Source of the DNA: Blastomonas sp.
GTDB taxonomy: Bacteria > Pseudomonadota > Alphaproteobacteria > Sphingomonadales > Sphingomonadaceae
DNA: 44,516 nucleotides
Direction: 5' to 3'
NCBI RefSeq assembly: GCF_041747255.1
Contig: NZ_JBGTFM010000154.1
Span: 1-44,516 of the forward strand
Shown here piece after piece: positions 11,271 to 19,705 of the stretch. Position 1 is the stretch's first letter; every line of letters starts with the position of its first letter. The position numbers and the translations under genes were made by a program. The notes under the pieces are model-generated. The model saw only the letters and a list, made by a program, of their open reading frames with translations. It did not search any database and had not been told where the DNA came from.

Positions 11271-12226
11271 TTTCTGCGGCCTCCCGCTCTGAGACAATGC
11301 CGAGCGTGCGTGGCAAGTTGACCGCCAATGCGCCGCTGGCCCCCTTGCTGTGGTTCAAGACTGGCGGCCCTGCTGAATGGCTGTTCGAGCCCAAGGACGC
11401 TGACGATCTGGCGCAGTTCCTCGTCGCGCTCGACCCGTCAATCCCGGTGATGGCGCTGGGCCTTGGCTCCAACCTTATCGTGCGCGATGGCGGGGTGCCG
11501 GGCGTCGTGGTGCGGCTGGGCAAGGCGTTTGCGCAGGTTGAACGGCTGGACGACATAACCTTGCGCTGCGGCGCCGGAGCCTCGGGTATTCTCGTGTCCT
11601 CCACCGCGCGCGAAGCCGGAATTGGCGGGCTGGAGTTTCTGCGCTCGATCCCCGGCACGGTCGGCGGCTTCGTGCGGATGAACGGCGGCGCCTATGGCCG
11701 CGAGGTGATGGACATCCTGATCGATTGCGAGATTGTCGATCGCAACGGCGCACGCCGGACGCTGGCGCTCGCGGACCTGCACTACAGCTATCGCCACTCC
11801 GATCTGCCCGATGGCGCGATTGTCATCAGCGCGCGGATCCAGGGCGCGCCTGCCGACCCCGCCGCCATTCAGGCCGAGATGGACCGCATCGCCACCTCGC
11901 GCGAGGCCAGCCAGCCGCTGCGCAGCAAGACCGGCGGATCGACCTTCAAGAACCCCGATCGGCACAAGGCCTGGGCGTTGATCGACGCCGCCGGATGCCG
12001 CGGATTGGCAGTCGGCGGCGCGCAGGTGAGCGAGAAGCACACCAACTTTCTGATCAACACCGGCGATGCGACCAGCGCCGATATTGAAGCGCTGGGCGAA
12101 GAGGTGCGCGCCCGCGTGAAGGCGCAGTCGGGCGTGGAGCTGGAATGGGAAATCCAGCGGATAGGAAATACTTCTCCCTCTCCCCTTCAGGGGAGAGGGC
12201 TGGGGAGAGGGGGAGTCAGCACATGA
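11267..12226 (+). CDS. murB: UDP-N-acetylenolpyruvoylglucosamine reductase; C-terminal ~16 aa encoded by a palindromic element
   Basis: [31 protein letters not shown] and LEWEI motifs; GTGA overlap with murC (ATG 11297 is an alternative start). Confidence 0.94.
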   Translation: MISAASRSETMPSVRGKLTANAPLAPLLWFKTGGPAEWLFEPKDADDLAQFLVALDPSIPVMALGLGSNLIVRDGGVPGVVVRLGKAFAQVERLDDITLRCGAGASGILVSSTAREAGIGGLEFLRSIPGTVGGFVRMNGGAYGREVMDILIDCEIVDRNGARRTLALADLHYSYRHSDLPDGAIVISARIQGAPADPAAIQAEMDRIATSREASQPLRSKTGGSTFKNPDRHKAWALIDAAGCRGLAVGGAQVSEKHTNFLINTGDATSADIEALGEEVRARVKAQSGVELEWEIQRIGNTSPSPLQGRGLGRGGVST

Positions 12227-12316
12227 CTAGCTCAGCACACTCCCCTCTCCCTTCGCCGCTGCGCAGCTCTTCCCTCTCCCCTGAGCCGCAGGCGAATGTA
12301 GCTCAACGAGAGAGGG
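12176..12316. repeat. Palindromic element (CIR/RIME-like) spanning the murB/ddl junction
   Basis: Perfect CCCTCTCCCC-TTCA-GGGGAGAGGG at 12176-12199. GGGAGAGGGGGAGT pairs with ACTCCCCTCTCCC (12239-12251). Right-hand CCCTCTC..TGAGC..GCTCA..GAGAGGG at 12272-12316. Confidence 0.85.
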
Positions 12317-13245
12317 CGAGGTTGCACATCGCTGTCCTGATGGGCGGCTGGTCGGCGGAGCGCGAGGTGTCGCTGATGAGCGGCGAGGGTGTTGCCAAGG
12401 CGCTTGAATCGCGCGGGCACACTGTCACCCGCGTCGATATGGACCGCAATGTGGCTGCGGTGCTGTCCGGCATTCGCCCCGATGTGGTGTTCAACGCGCT
12501 GCACGGCACGCCGGGCGAAGATGGCAGCGTGCAGGGCATGCTCGATCTGATGCAGATTCCCTATACGCACTCGGGCCTGGCCACCTCGGTGATTGCCATC
12601 GACAAGGTGCTGACCAAGCAGGCGCTGATGCCGCATGGCATTCCGATGCCGGGCGGACATATTGTGCGCTCGCAAAGCCTTTACGCGGGCGATCCGCTGC
12701 CGCGCCCCTATGTGCTGAAGCCGGTCAACGAAGGCTCCTCGGTCGGAGTTGCCATCGTCAAGGCGGAAAGCAACTATGGCGACCCGATCAGCGCTGAGGC
12801 GTCCGGCCCCTGGCAGCATTTCGATGAACTGCTCGCCGAACCGTTTATCAAGGGCCGCGAACTGACGGTCGCGGTGCTCTGCGACCGCGCCCTGTGCGTC
12901 ACCGAGTTGCAGACCAAATCGGGCTTTTACGACTATGAGGCCAAATATACCGACGGGTTGACGCTGCACATTTGCCCGGCGGACATCCCCGCCGATATCG
13001 CCGCGATGTGCCTCGATCTTGCGTTGCGCGCACACCAGATTCTGGGCTGCAACGGCGCGTCGCGCTCCGATTTCCGCTGGGATGATGAACAAGGCGCGGC
13101 AGGGCTTTACCTGCTTGAGGTCAACACCCAGCCGGGCATGACGCCGTTGAGCCTGGTGCCCGAACAGGCGCAATACTGCGGCATCAGCTATGCCGATCTT
13201 GTCGAAGCGATTGTCCAGCAAGCCCTTGGGGAGCAGGCATCATGA
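12223..13245 (+). CDS. ddl: D-alanine--D-alanine ligase with repeat-derived N-terminal extension
   Basis: GGWSAEREVS, LHGTPGEDG, EGSSVG, YDYEAKY and EVNTQPGMT motifs. Start placed at ATG 12223 (ATGA overlap with murB). Confidence 0.94.
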   Translation: MTSSAHSPLPSPLRSSSLSPEPQANVAQRERARLHIAVLMGGWSAEREVSLMSGEGVAKALESRGHTVTRVDMDRNVAAVLSGIRPDVVFNALHGTPGEDGSVQGMLDLMQIPYTHSGLATSVIAIDKVLTKQALMPHGIPMPGGHIVRSQSLYAGDPLPRPYVLKPVNEGSSVGVAIVKAESNYGDPISAEASGPWQHFDELLAEPFIKGRELTVAVLCDRALCVTELQTKSGFYDYEAKYTDGLTLHICPADIPADIAAMCLDLALRAHQILGCNGASRSDFRWDDEQGAAGLYLLEVNTQPGMTPLSLVPEQAQYCGISYADLVEAIVQQALGEQAS

Positions 13246-14189
13246 CCACCCGGATCAAACGCGGCGCACCCGCCCGCAGCAGGGCATCAAGCCGCAAGCC
13301 GCGCACCCGGCAGCGCTCGCGCGCCAACGCGCTGCTCGGACGCCTGCCGTTCAGCGATGCGCAGCTGCAAAAGGCGGCGACCATCGGCGTGCTTGGGTTA
13401 CTGACGATCGGTGGCATCATCACCGCGCAGTTCATGGGCCTGCCCGCAATGGCGCGCGATGAGGTGGCGCTCGCTGCGGGCCGCGCGGGCTTTGAGGTCA
13501 AGAAGGTCGAGGTGCGGAACGTCGACAAGATGAACGAGCTCAAGGTCTATGAAATCGCGCTGGCGCAAAAGGACCGCTCGATGCTCAACGTCGATCTTGA
13601 AGAGCTGCGCTATGAACTGATGGGGATGAAGCTGGTCGCGCCCGATGCCGAGGGCGACGCCGCTGGCAAACGCACCGCGCCGACCGGCTGGATTGCCGAT
13701 GCACGCATTTCGCGGCAGCTGCCCGATACGCTGATTGTCGATATCGTCGAACGCAAGCCCGTTGCTGTGTGGAACGCCAAGGGCAAGACGATGCTGGTCG
13801 ATGCGCAGGGGGTTCCGCTGGAGCTGCCGCGCGACCAGATCGACCCCAAGATGCTGCGCATCGTTGGCGCGCGCGCCAATGCGCGGATCGGCGATCTCAC
13901 CAAGCTGCTCGATGTTGCCCCGGCGCTGACCCCGCAGGTGAAAGAGGCCGAATGGGTCGGCAACCGGCGCTGGAACCTGACCTTCCATTCAGGCGAGGTG
14001 CTGGCGCTGCCCGAAGGGGCCGATCTGTCGGAGGCGGCTTTGGTCAATTTCGCGCGGATGGACGGCGTCAACCGGCTGCTGGGTAAGGGCGTGACCTATT
14101 TCGATCTGCGCGATCCCGAACGCGCCTATTTACGCAAGCCGCGCGAACCACGGCCCGCCCCCGACAGCATGGCATTGGCAGAACAATGA
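13242..14189 (+). CDS. ftsQ: Cell division protein FtsQ/DivIB
   Basis: Basic N-tail, single TM helix, POTRA-type ISRQLPDTLIVDIVERKP, RRWNL and FDLRDP; lies between ddl and ftsA. Confidence 0.9.
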   Translation: MTTRIKRGAPARSRASSRKPRTRQRSRANALLGRLPFSDAQLQKAATIGVLGLLTIGGIITAQFMGLPAMARDEVALAAGRAGFEVKKVEVRNVDKMNELKVYEIALAQKDRSMLNVDLEELRYELMGMKLVAPDAEGDAAGKRTAPTGWIADARISRQLPDTLIVDIVERKPVAVWNAKGKTMLVDAQGVPLELPRDQIDPKMLRIVGARANARIGDLTKLLDVAPALTPQVKEAEWVGNRRWNLTFHSGEVLALPEGADLSEAALVNFARMDGVNRLLGKGVTYFDLRDPERAYLRKPREPRPAPDSMALAEQ

Positions 14190-15505
14190 CAGACAGCAAG
14201 TCACGCAAGGCACCCGCCGCCGCCAAACCGCGCATCGAGGCGACGTTCGGCGCGCTCGACATTGGATCGTCCAAGATCGCCGCGCTGATTGTTGGTCGCA
14301 CCGAGACCGGCGAGCTGCTGGTGCTGGGCGCCGGGCAGCGGCTGAGCGAAGGCGTCAAGCGCGGCTATATCACCGATCTGCAGGCGACCGAGCTGGCGGT
14401 GCGCGAGGCGGTGGAACAGGCCGAGCGCATGGCGGGCATCAACATCGATCACGTGCATGTCAGTTGCACATCGGGCGGCTTGTCGAGCACGATTGCACGG
14501 GTTGAGGTGGACCTGGGCGGTGGCCGCATCGATGAGGATGATGTCGATCATCTGCTGGTCGCGGGGCGCGAGACCATCCAGCCGGGCGGACGGCTGGTGC
14601 TGCATGCGCAGCCTGCGCTCTATACGCTCGATGGCGCGACGGGCGTCAAAAAACCGATCGGCTTGCATGCCGAGCGGCTGGGGGTCGATATCCATGTGGT
14701 GTTTGCCGATGGCGCGCCGGTGCGCAACATCGACCAGACCGTTGGCGCGGCTTACCTTGGCGTGCGCGGCATTGTTGCCTCGCCGATCGCTGCGGGCACC
14801 GCGTGCCTGGGCGAGGAGGAGCGCGAGCTTGGCGTGGCGCTCATAGAAATGGGTGCGGCGGTCACCAACATTTCGCTTTACGCCGGCGGCATGCTGGTTG
14901 GCCTGTTCACCATTCCCTTTGGTGGATCGGACATCACCGACGCCATTGCCTCGGCCTTTGGCCTGCGCCGGACAGAGGCGGAGCGGATCAAGTGCTTCCA
15001 CGGTGCAGCGACATCGTCACCGCGGGACAATCATGACATGATCGACCTGCGCCTGCCCGATGAGGACAGCAAGCTGGTCGGTACGGCAGCCCGCAGCGCA
15101 GACGACAAGAACAGCATCAGCCGCGCACAGCTGGTCTCCGTGATCCGCCAGCCGCTCGACTATCTGGTCGGCGAGGTCGCCAAAGGATTGAAGGCATTGG
15201 GCTTCACCGGCGCGCAGGGTCAACGCATCGTGCTGACCGGCGGCTGCGCAGAGCTGCGCGGGCTGGCCGATCACATGCAGGTGGCGCTTGGCCGCACGGT
15301 ACGCATCGGACGCCCGACGGGGCTGGTCGGCCTGCCCGATGCCCACGCTGGCCCTGCCTTTTCGACGCTCGCCGGGCTGGTGCTGTTCGCAGCAAACGAG
15401 CCGGTGGACATCCGCACCGTCGCGTCATCCTATCAGCAGGTCCACAAGCATTCAGGTGCTGCCGTCATGCAGCGGCTCTGGCGCACCTTCCGGGCCAATT
15501 TCTGA
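14186..15505 (+). CDS. ftsA: Cell division protein FtsA
   Basis: ALDIGSSKI, AERMAG, GGSDITDAI, VLTGG and a C-terminal amphipathic helix (RLWRTFRANF). Confidence 0.95.
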   Translation: MTDSKSRKAPAAAKPRIEATFGALDIGSSKIAALIVGRTETGELLVLGAGQRLSEGVKRGYITDLQATELAVREAVEQAERMAGINIDHVHVSCTSGGLSSTIARVEVDLGGGRIDEDDVDHLLVAGRETIQPGGRLVLHAQPALYTLDGATGVKKPIGLHAERLGVDIHVVFADGAPVRNIDQTVGAAYLGVRGIVASPIAAGTACLGEEERELGVALIEMGAAVTNISLYAGGMLVGLFTIPFGGSDITDAIASAFGLRRTEAERIKCFHGAATSSPRDNHDMIDLRLPDEDSKLVGTAARSADDKNSISRAQLVSVIRQPLDYLVGEVAKGLKALGFTGAQGQRIVLTGGCAELRGLADHMQVALGRTVRIGRPTGLVGLPDAHAGPAFSTLAGLVLFAANEPVDIRTVASSYQQVHKHSGAAVMQRLWRTFRANF

Positions 15506-15574
15506 TGGGTAGCGCCTCGAAAACCAGCGCAAATGCACGAAGCGGTGGAAAACGCGATATTTTACGTGAATTCG

Positions 15575-15581
15575 CGAATCA
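15575..15581. promoter_or_regulatory. CcrM GANTC site in GcrA-type context upstream of ftsZ
   Basis: CGAATCA (reverse TGATTCG, matching YGAKTCG) about 60 bp upstream of the ftsZ ATG. Confidence 0.5.
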
Positions 15582-15641
15582 AACTGTGCAAGGTGAAACC
15601 TGCTATTGCTTCAATTTCATGAAGCATGGGAGATTGGACGC

Positions 15642-17129
15642 ATGAGCATCACCATTGGACCGCCCACCGTTGACGAATTGCGTCCGCGCATCGCGGTGAT
15701 TGGTATCGGCGGCGCAGGGGGCAATGCCATTGCCAACATGATCGCGGCCAATGTCGAGGGCGTCGATTTCATCGTTGCCAATACCGATGCGCAGGCGCTC
15801 AATTCATCGACTGCCGAGCGGCGTATCCAGCTCGGCCCGGATGTGACCCAGGGCCTGGGTGCAGGATCGCGGCCCGAGGTTGGTCGCGCGGCTGCCGAGG
15901 AAACCGTGCAGGATATCGAGGCGATCCTTGAGGGCACGCATATGTGCTTTATCGCCGCAGGCATGGGCGGGGGCACCGGCACTGGGGCTGCGCCGGTGAT
16001 CGCCAAGGCAGCGCGTGAACGCGGCATCCTGACCGTCGGTGTGGTCACCAAGCCGTTCACCTTTGAAGGCACGCGCCGGATGCGCGCCGCCGACAGTGGC
16101 ATCGAGGAACTGCAGAAGAACGTCGATACGCTGATCGTCATTCCCAACCAGAACCTGTTCCTGATTGCCAACCCCAACACAACCTTCAAAGAAGCCTTCA
16201 AGATGGCGGACGAGGTGCTGCAACAGGGGGTGCGCTCGATCACCGATCTCATCGTCAATCCCGGCCTGATCAACCTCGATTTTGCCGACATCCGTTCGGT
16301 GATGCGCGAAATGGGCAAGGCGATGATGGGCACCGGCGAGGCCGAAGGCGACGGCCGCGCGCTGGAAGCGGCGGAACGCGCAATCGCCAATCCATTGCTC
16401 GATGGCGTTTCGATGCGCGGCGCCAAGGGTGTCATCGTCTCGATCACCGGCGGCGATGACATGCGCCTGATGGAGGTTGACGAGGCCGCCAATCACATTC
16501 GCGAACTGGTCGATCCCGATGCCAACATCATCTGGGGCAGCGCCTTCAACCCCGAGCTTGAAGGCAAGATCAGGGTCTCGGTGGTGGCGACCGGGATCGA
16601 TGGTGAGGGTTTGCAGAACGCAGAGGATTCGCGTCCATTCACGCTTTCGACCGCAGGCACGCGTGGCTTTTCGATGCCGACGCCTGCGCCAGTGCCGGTG
16701 GCAGCACCCGCACCACCTGCGCCATCGACAACACCGTCCTTTGCCCGTCCACCCGAGGCCGCAGCAGCCTCCGGGCTGGACATGGCCGAGCCTGAATATC
16801 CTGAACCGCTGGACCTGGGACTGGCCGCAGAAGCGATTGGCGATGACGACGCGACAGAATCCAGCCCGGCCAACGACGAACTGCTGCTCGATGCCGAAAG
16901 CCTTGCCGAAGCAGACCAGCAAGAGGCCCCGGCACCGCTGGTGGCACCGACAGAAAGCCCGCTCAAGCCCAAGCCGCCGCGTGTAGCGACCGGCGGCGGC
17001 ACCTTGTTTGAGCGGATGTCGAGCATGTCGCGGGGCGGCGCGCGCGATGGTGACAGTGACGAAGATGATACGACGGACGCACCGCCGCTTAACATCCCGC
17101 GCTTTCTGGGCCGCCAGAACAATTCTTGA
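15642..17129 (+). CDS. ftsZ: Cell division protein FtsZ
   Basis: GGAGGN, NTDAQAL, GGGTGTG and NLDFAD motifs; long Ala/Pro/acidic linker; C-terminal core [12 protein letters not shown]. Start placed at ATG 15642 after GGGAG. Confidence 0.98.
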   Translation: MSITIGPPTVDELRPRIAVIGIGGAGGNAIANMIAANVEGVDFIVANTDAQALNSSTAERRIQLGPDVTQGLGAGSRPEVGRAAAEETVQDIEAILEGTHMCFIAAGMGGGTGTGAAPVIAKAARERGILTVGVVTKPFTFEGTRRMRAADSGIEELQKNVDTLIVIPNQNLFLIANPNTTFKEAFKMADEVLQQGVRSITDLIVNPGLINLDFADIRSVMREMGKAMMGTGEAEGDGRALEAAERAIANPLLDGVSMRGAKGVIVSITGGDDMRLMEVDEAANHIRELVDPDANIIWGSAFNPELEGKIRVSVVATGIDGEGLQNAEDSRPFTLSTAGTRGFSMPTPAPVPVAAPAPPAPSTTPSFARPPEAAAASGLDMAEPEYPEPLDLGLAAEAIGDDDATESSPANDELLLDAESLAEADQQEAPAPLVAPTESPLKPKPPRVATGGGTLFERMSSMSRGGARDGDSDEDDTTDAPPLNIPRFLGRQNNS

Positions 17130-17268
17130 TGACATGGTGAAGCCGGGTGGTGTGCATGGTTGCTCACGCCCGGTTCTACCAATCGTCGAAGCCGCGCCAC
17201 GCTCTGGCGCGCCTGATCCACTTTGCGGCTTGCATTCACCGCCGCCAGGGGCGACGTAAACGTCAACC

Positions 17269-19533
17269 ATGACACAGATCAATTCAGACTTCCGGCAGGT
17301 CAGGCGTTTCGTTGCCAGCCTGTTGCTCGGCACCGCGCTGTTTTCTGCACCTGCTTTGGCACAGGAGGGGCCTGACGAGCCGGAGCAAGCAGGCTCGGGC
17401 TATTCATCGCTGAGTGTTGCGCAGCCTAAGGGCACGCGCGAGCTGCAGAGCGCGTTGATGCGACTCGCGACCGATTCATCGGACCTCAATGCGCTCATTG
17501 ATGCCGGTCATGCCGCTCTGCTGCTCAACGATCCGCAAGCCGCCATCGGTTTTTTCGTCCGCGCCGACCAGATCGACCCGCGCAACGGCAGGATCAAGGC
17601 CGGGCTCGGATCGACCTTGTTGCTGAATGAAGACCCGCATGAAGCGCTGCGTCTGTTCGATGAGGCTCAGCGGCTGGGTGTCGCCGAAACTGTGTTCGCA
17701 TCCGATCGCGGACTTGCCTACGATCTTGTCGGCAACTTCGATGCTGCGCAAAACGACTATGAACTGGCTTTGCGGCGCGGTAGCGACGATGAGACAATCC
17801 GGCGTTATGCGTTGTCGCTGGGCATATCCGGGGATCGCGCCGCCGCCGAGGCGCAGCTCGATCCGTTGCTGCGCAAACGCGATGCCGCTGCGTGGCGGAC
17901 CCGGGCTTTCGTGCTCGCGGTGACTGGCGATGTTGAGGGTGCGGTCTCGATTGCTGATGCGACTATGCCCAAGCGGATGGCCGCGTCGATTGAGCCGTTC
18001 TTTCGGTTCATGGTGCGGCTTACCCCGGCGCAGCAGGCAGCTGCCGCGCATTTCGGGCACTTTCCGCAATCCGCCGCCATCGGCAAGGATGATCCACGCA
18101 ACCGGCAGTATGCCTCACGTGGCACCCCGCGTCCGCGCACCAACAGGGCCGATGCCGGGCTTATCCCGGTGGGAGACCCGTTGGGACCATCGGCCGACAG
18201 CAGGGGCCGCAAGACGGTCAAAGTTGACAAGGCACAGCGGCGCAGGCCGGGTCGCAAGGCCACCGGTGGCGAAACGCAGGTGGCGCTCGCGCAGCCTGCG
18301 CCTGCTGCAGCGCTAAAGGCCAGCGCTGCGCCGCCTTTACCCGCGCCGCCGCGTCTGACCGGACCAGTCGTTGCGACATCGGCACCAACATCTACGCCAA
18401 CGCCAACGCCAACGCTTCCGCGGGCGATGGCCGCTGCAACTCCAGCGACCGTGCAAGCGATCGGCGTCGACAGGGGAGCGGGTGCGGCGCGCAGGCGTGC
18501 GGAGGAGGAGTTGGCTGCAATTGACCCGGCCAAGGTACAGCGCATCGCCGGGGCCAGCCAATTACCGGTTCCCGAAGGTTATCGCACTGTGCCTGCTGCA
18601 TCCTCCCAAGGGGCGATGGTGCAGGCGGTGCCGGGGGCAGAACCGGCATCAGCGGCGCGCGCCACCGTGCAGGCCGTGCCCGGTGCAGCGATGACCTCAA
18701 CCGACCGTGCAACAGTGCAAGCTGTGCCTGGCACAACCGTGCCCCCGGCAACACGCGCCACCGTGCAGGCAATTCCGCCAGCCGTCGCCTCGGCGCCGGG
18801 CAACGATTCTGTGCGCCCTGGCTTTGCCAGCCTGCCCGATGTTACCACGCGCGCGGTTACGCGAAATGAGATCGCCAGAAATGAGATCGCCGCGCTTCCC
18901 GCCAGCCCGGTCCAGCAGGCAGGCACCGGCGCACCCGCGCCGCAGGTCAACGGTCCGACCGGCTTTGACCTCGCCCGGGTTGCGTCCCCCACCGCTGCAG
19001 CCTCGGCAAGCGTCACACCTGTGCCTTCGGATGCCGCCCCAACGGGGCAACAAGCCGCGACGACACAGCCGCTTGCCAGCCGTATCAGCCTCGCCACGAT
19101 CATGCCCGACATCAAGGCGATGCCGCAGGAACCGGTGGCCAATCCCGACGCGGTGGATTTGACCAAGATCAAGCCCGCGCCACCAAAGCAGCCTGAGGCC
19201 AAAAAAGCAGAGCCCAAAAAGCCCGAGCCCAAAAAGGTCGTGAAGCCTGAGCCGCCCAAGCATCCCAAGCGCCATTGGGTGCAGGTGGCTGGCGGCGCCA
19301 ATCGCACCGATCTGGCCAAGGAATGGAAACGCCTGACCGGTGCCGCCCCGCAAGCATTCAAGGGCAAGCAGGGTTGGTGGACACCCCTTAATGCCACCAA
19401 CCGCTTGCTTGCTGGCCCATTTGGCAGCGAAGGCGAAGCGCAGGCCTTCGTCAACGCGCTGTCAAAAGAAAAGCTCTCGGCCTTTGCCTTCACAAGTTCA
19501 GAAGGCCAGCAGGTCACCAAGCTGGGCGGTTGA
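17269..19533 (+). CDS. Exported TPR-domain / low-complexity linker / SPOR-domain protein
   Basis: Signal-peptide-like N-terminus (..APALA-QE), TPR-like helices (DRGLAYDLVG), long Pro/Ala/Thr linker, C-terminal SPOR-type HWVQVAG..RLLAGPF. Confidence 0.8.
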   Translation: MTQINSDFRQVRRFVASLLLGTALFSAPALAQEGPDEPEQAGSGYSSLSVAQPKGTRELQSALMRLATDSSDLNALIDAGHAALLLNDPQAAIGFFVRADQIDPRNGRIKAGLGSTLLLNEDPHEALRLFDEAQRLGVAETVFASDRGLAYDLVGNFDAAQNDYELALRRGSDDETIRRYALSLGISGDRAAAEAQLDPLLRKRDAAAWRTRAFVLAVTGDVEGAVSIADATMPKRMAASIEPFFRFMVRLTPAQQAAAAHFGHFPQSAAIGKDDPRNRQYASRGTPRPRTNRADAGLIPVGDPLGPSADSRGRKTVKVDKAQRRRPGRKATGGETQVALAQPAPAAALKASAAPPLPAPPRLTGPVVATSAPTSTPTPTPTLPRAMAAATPATVQAIGVDRGAGAARRRAEEELAAIDPAKVQRIAGASQLPVPEGYRTVPAASSQGAMVQAVPGAEPASAARATVQAVPGAAMTSTDRATVQAVPGTTVPPATRATVQAIPPAVASAPGNDSVRPGFASLPDVTTRAVTRNEIARNEIAALPASPVQQAGTGAPAPQVNGPTGFDLARVASPTAAASASVTPVPSDAAPTGQQAATTQPLASRISLATIMPDIKAMPQEPVANPDAVDLTKIKPAPPKQPEAKKAEPKKPEPKKVVKPEPPKHPKRHWVQVAGGANRTDLAKEWKRLTGAAPQAFKGKQGWWTPLNATNRLLAGPFGSEGEAQAFVNALSKEKLSAFAFTSSEGQQVTKLGG
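18613..18780 (+). repeat. Degenerate 48-bp (16-aa) coding tandem repeat, about 4 units
   Basis: GTGCA(G/A)GC recurs at 18619, 18667, 18715 and 18763; peptide unit (R)ATVQAVPG... Confidence 0.85.
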
Positions 19534-19551
19534 GCCTGTTCCATCACCACT

Positions 19552-19604
19552 CCCCTCTCCGTTTATGAGAGGGGCAAAGGTTCGCCTCGCTGAAACGGGT
19601 GGGG
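19552..19604. repeat. Degenerate solo arm of the same palindromic element family
   Basis: CCCCTCTC-cgtttat-GAGAGGGG (19552-19574) followed by ...GGGTGGGG, resembling the left arm at 12176. Confidence 0.55.
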
Positions 19605-19620
19605 TCAATTGTATCGCAGC

Positions 19621-19646
19621 AAAAAAAGGGGGGCTCATGGCCCCCC
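19621..19646 (-). terminator. Rho-independent terminator for the TonB receptor gene
   Basis: Minus strand reads GGGGGGC-catga-GCCCCCC followed by T7. Confidence 0.8.
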
Positions 19647-19660
19647 GATCCCCTGTATCT

Positions 19661-19695
19661 GGCCGCAGCGATCTTGCGCCGCTGCGGCCTTTTTT
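19661..19695 (+). terminator. Rho-independent terminator for the SPOR gene / dcw transcript
   Basis: GGCCGCAGCG-loop-CGCTGCGGCC followed by T6. Confidence 0.75.
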
Positions 19696-19705
19696 CCAAG
19701 CAGGC

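Noticed and set aside
9711-11297. 528-aa minus-strand ORF (similar long ORFs at 4747-6000, 15804-17333, 16493-17275, 33702-35003, 43034-43939)
   Set aside because: Opposite-strand shadows of well-supported genes (murC, mraY, ftsZ, cpaE, ispH).
16600-17080. Long Pro/Ala/acidic FtsZ linker
   Set aside because: Extended C-terminal linkers are normal for alphaproteobacterial FtsZ.
18613-18780. 48-bp periodic repeats as a possible CRISPR array
   Set aside because: The repeats are in-frame, degenerate at synonymous positions, lack a repeat-spacer structure, and no cas genes are present.
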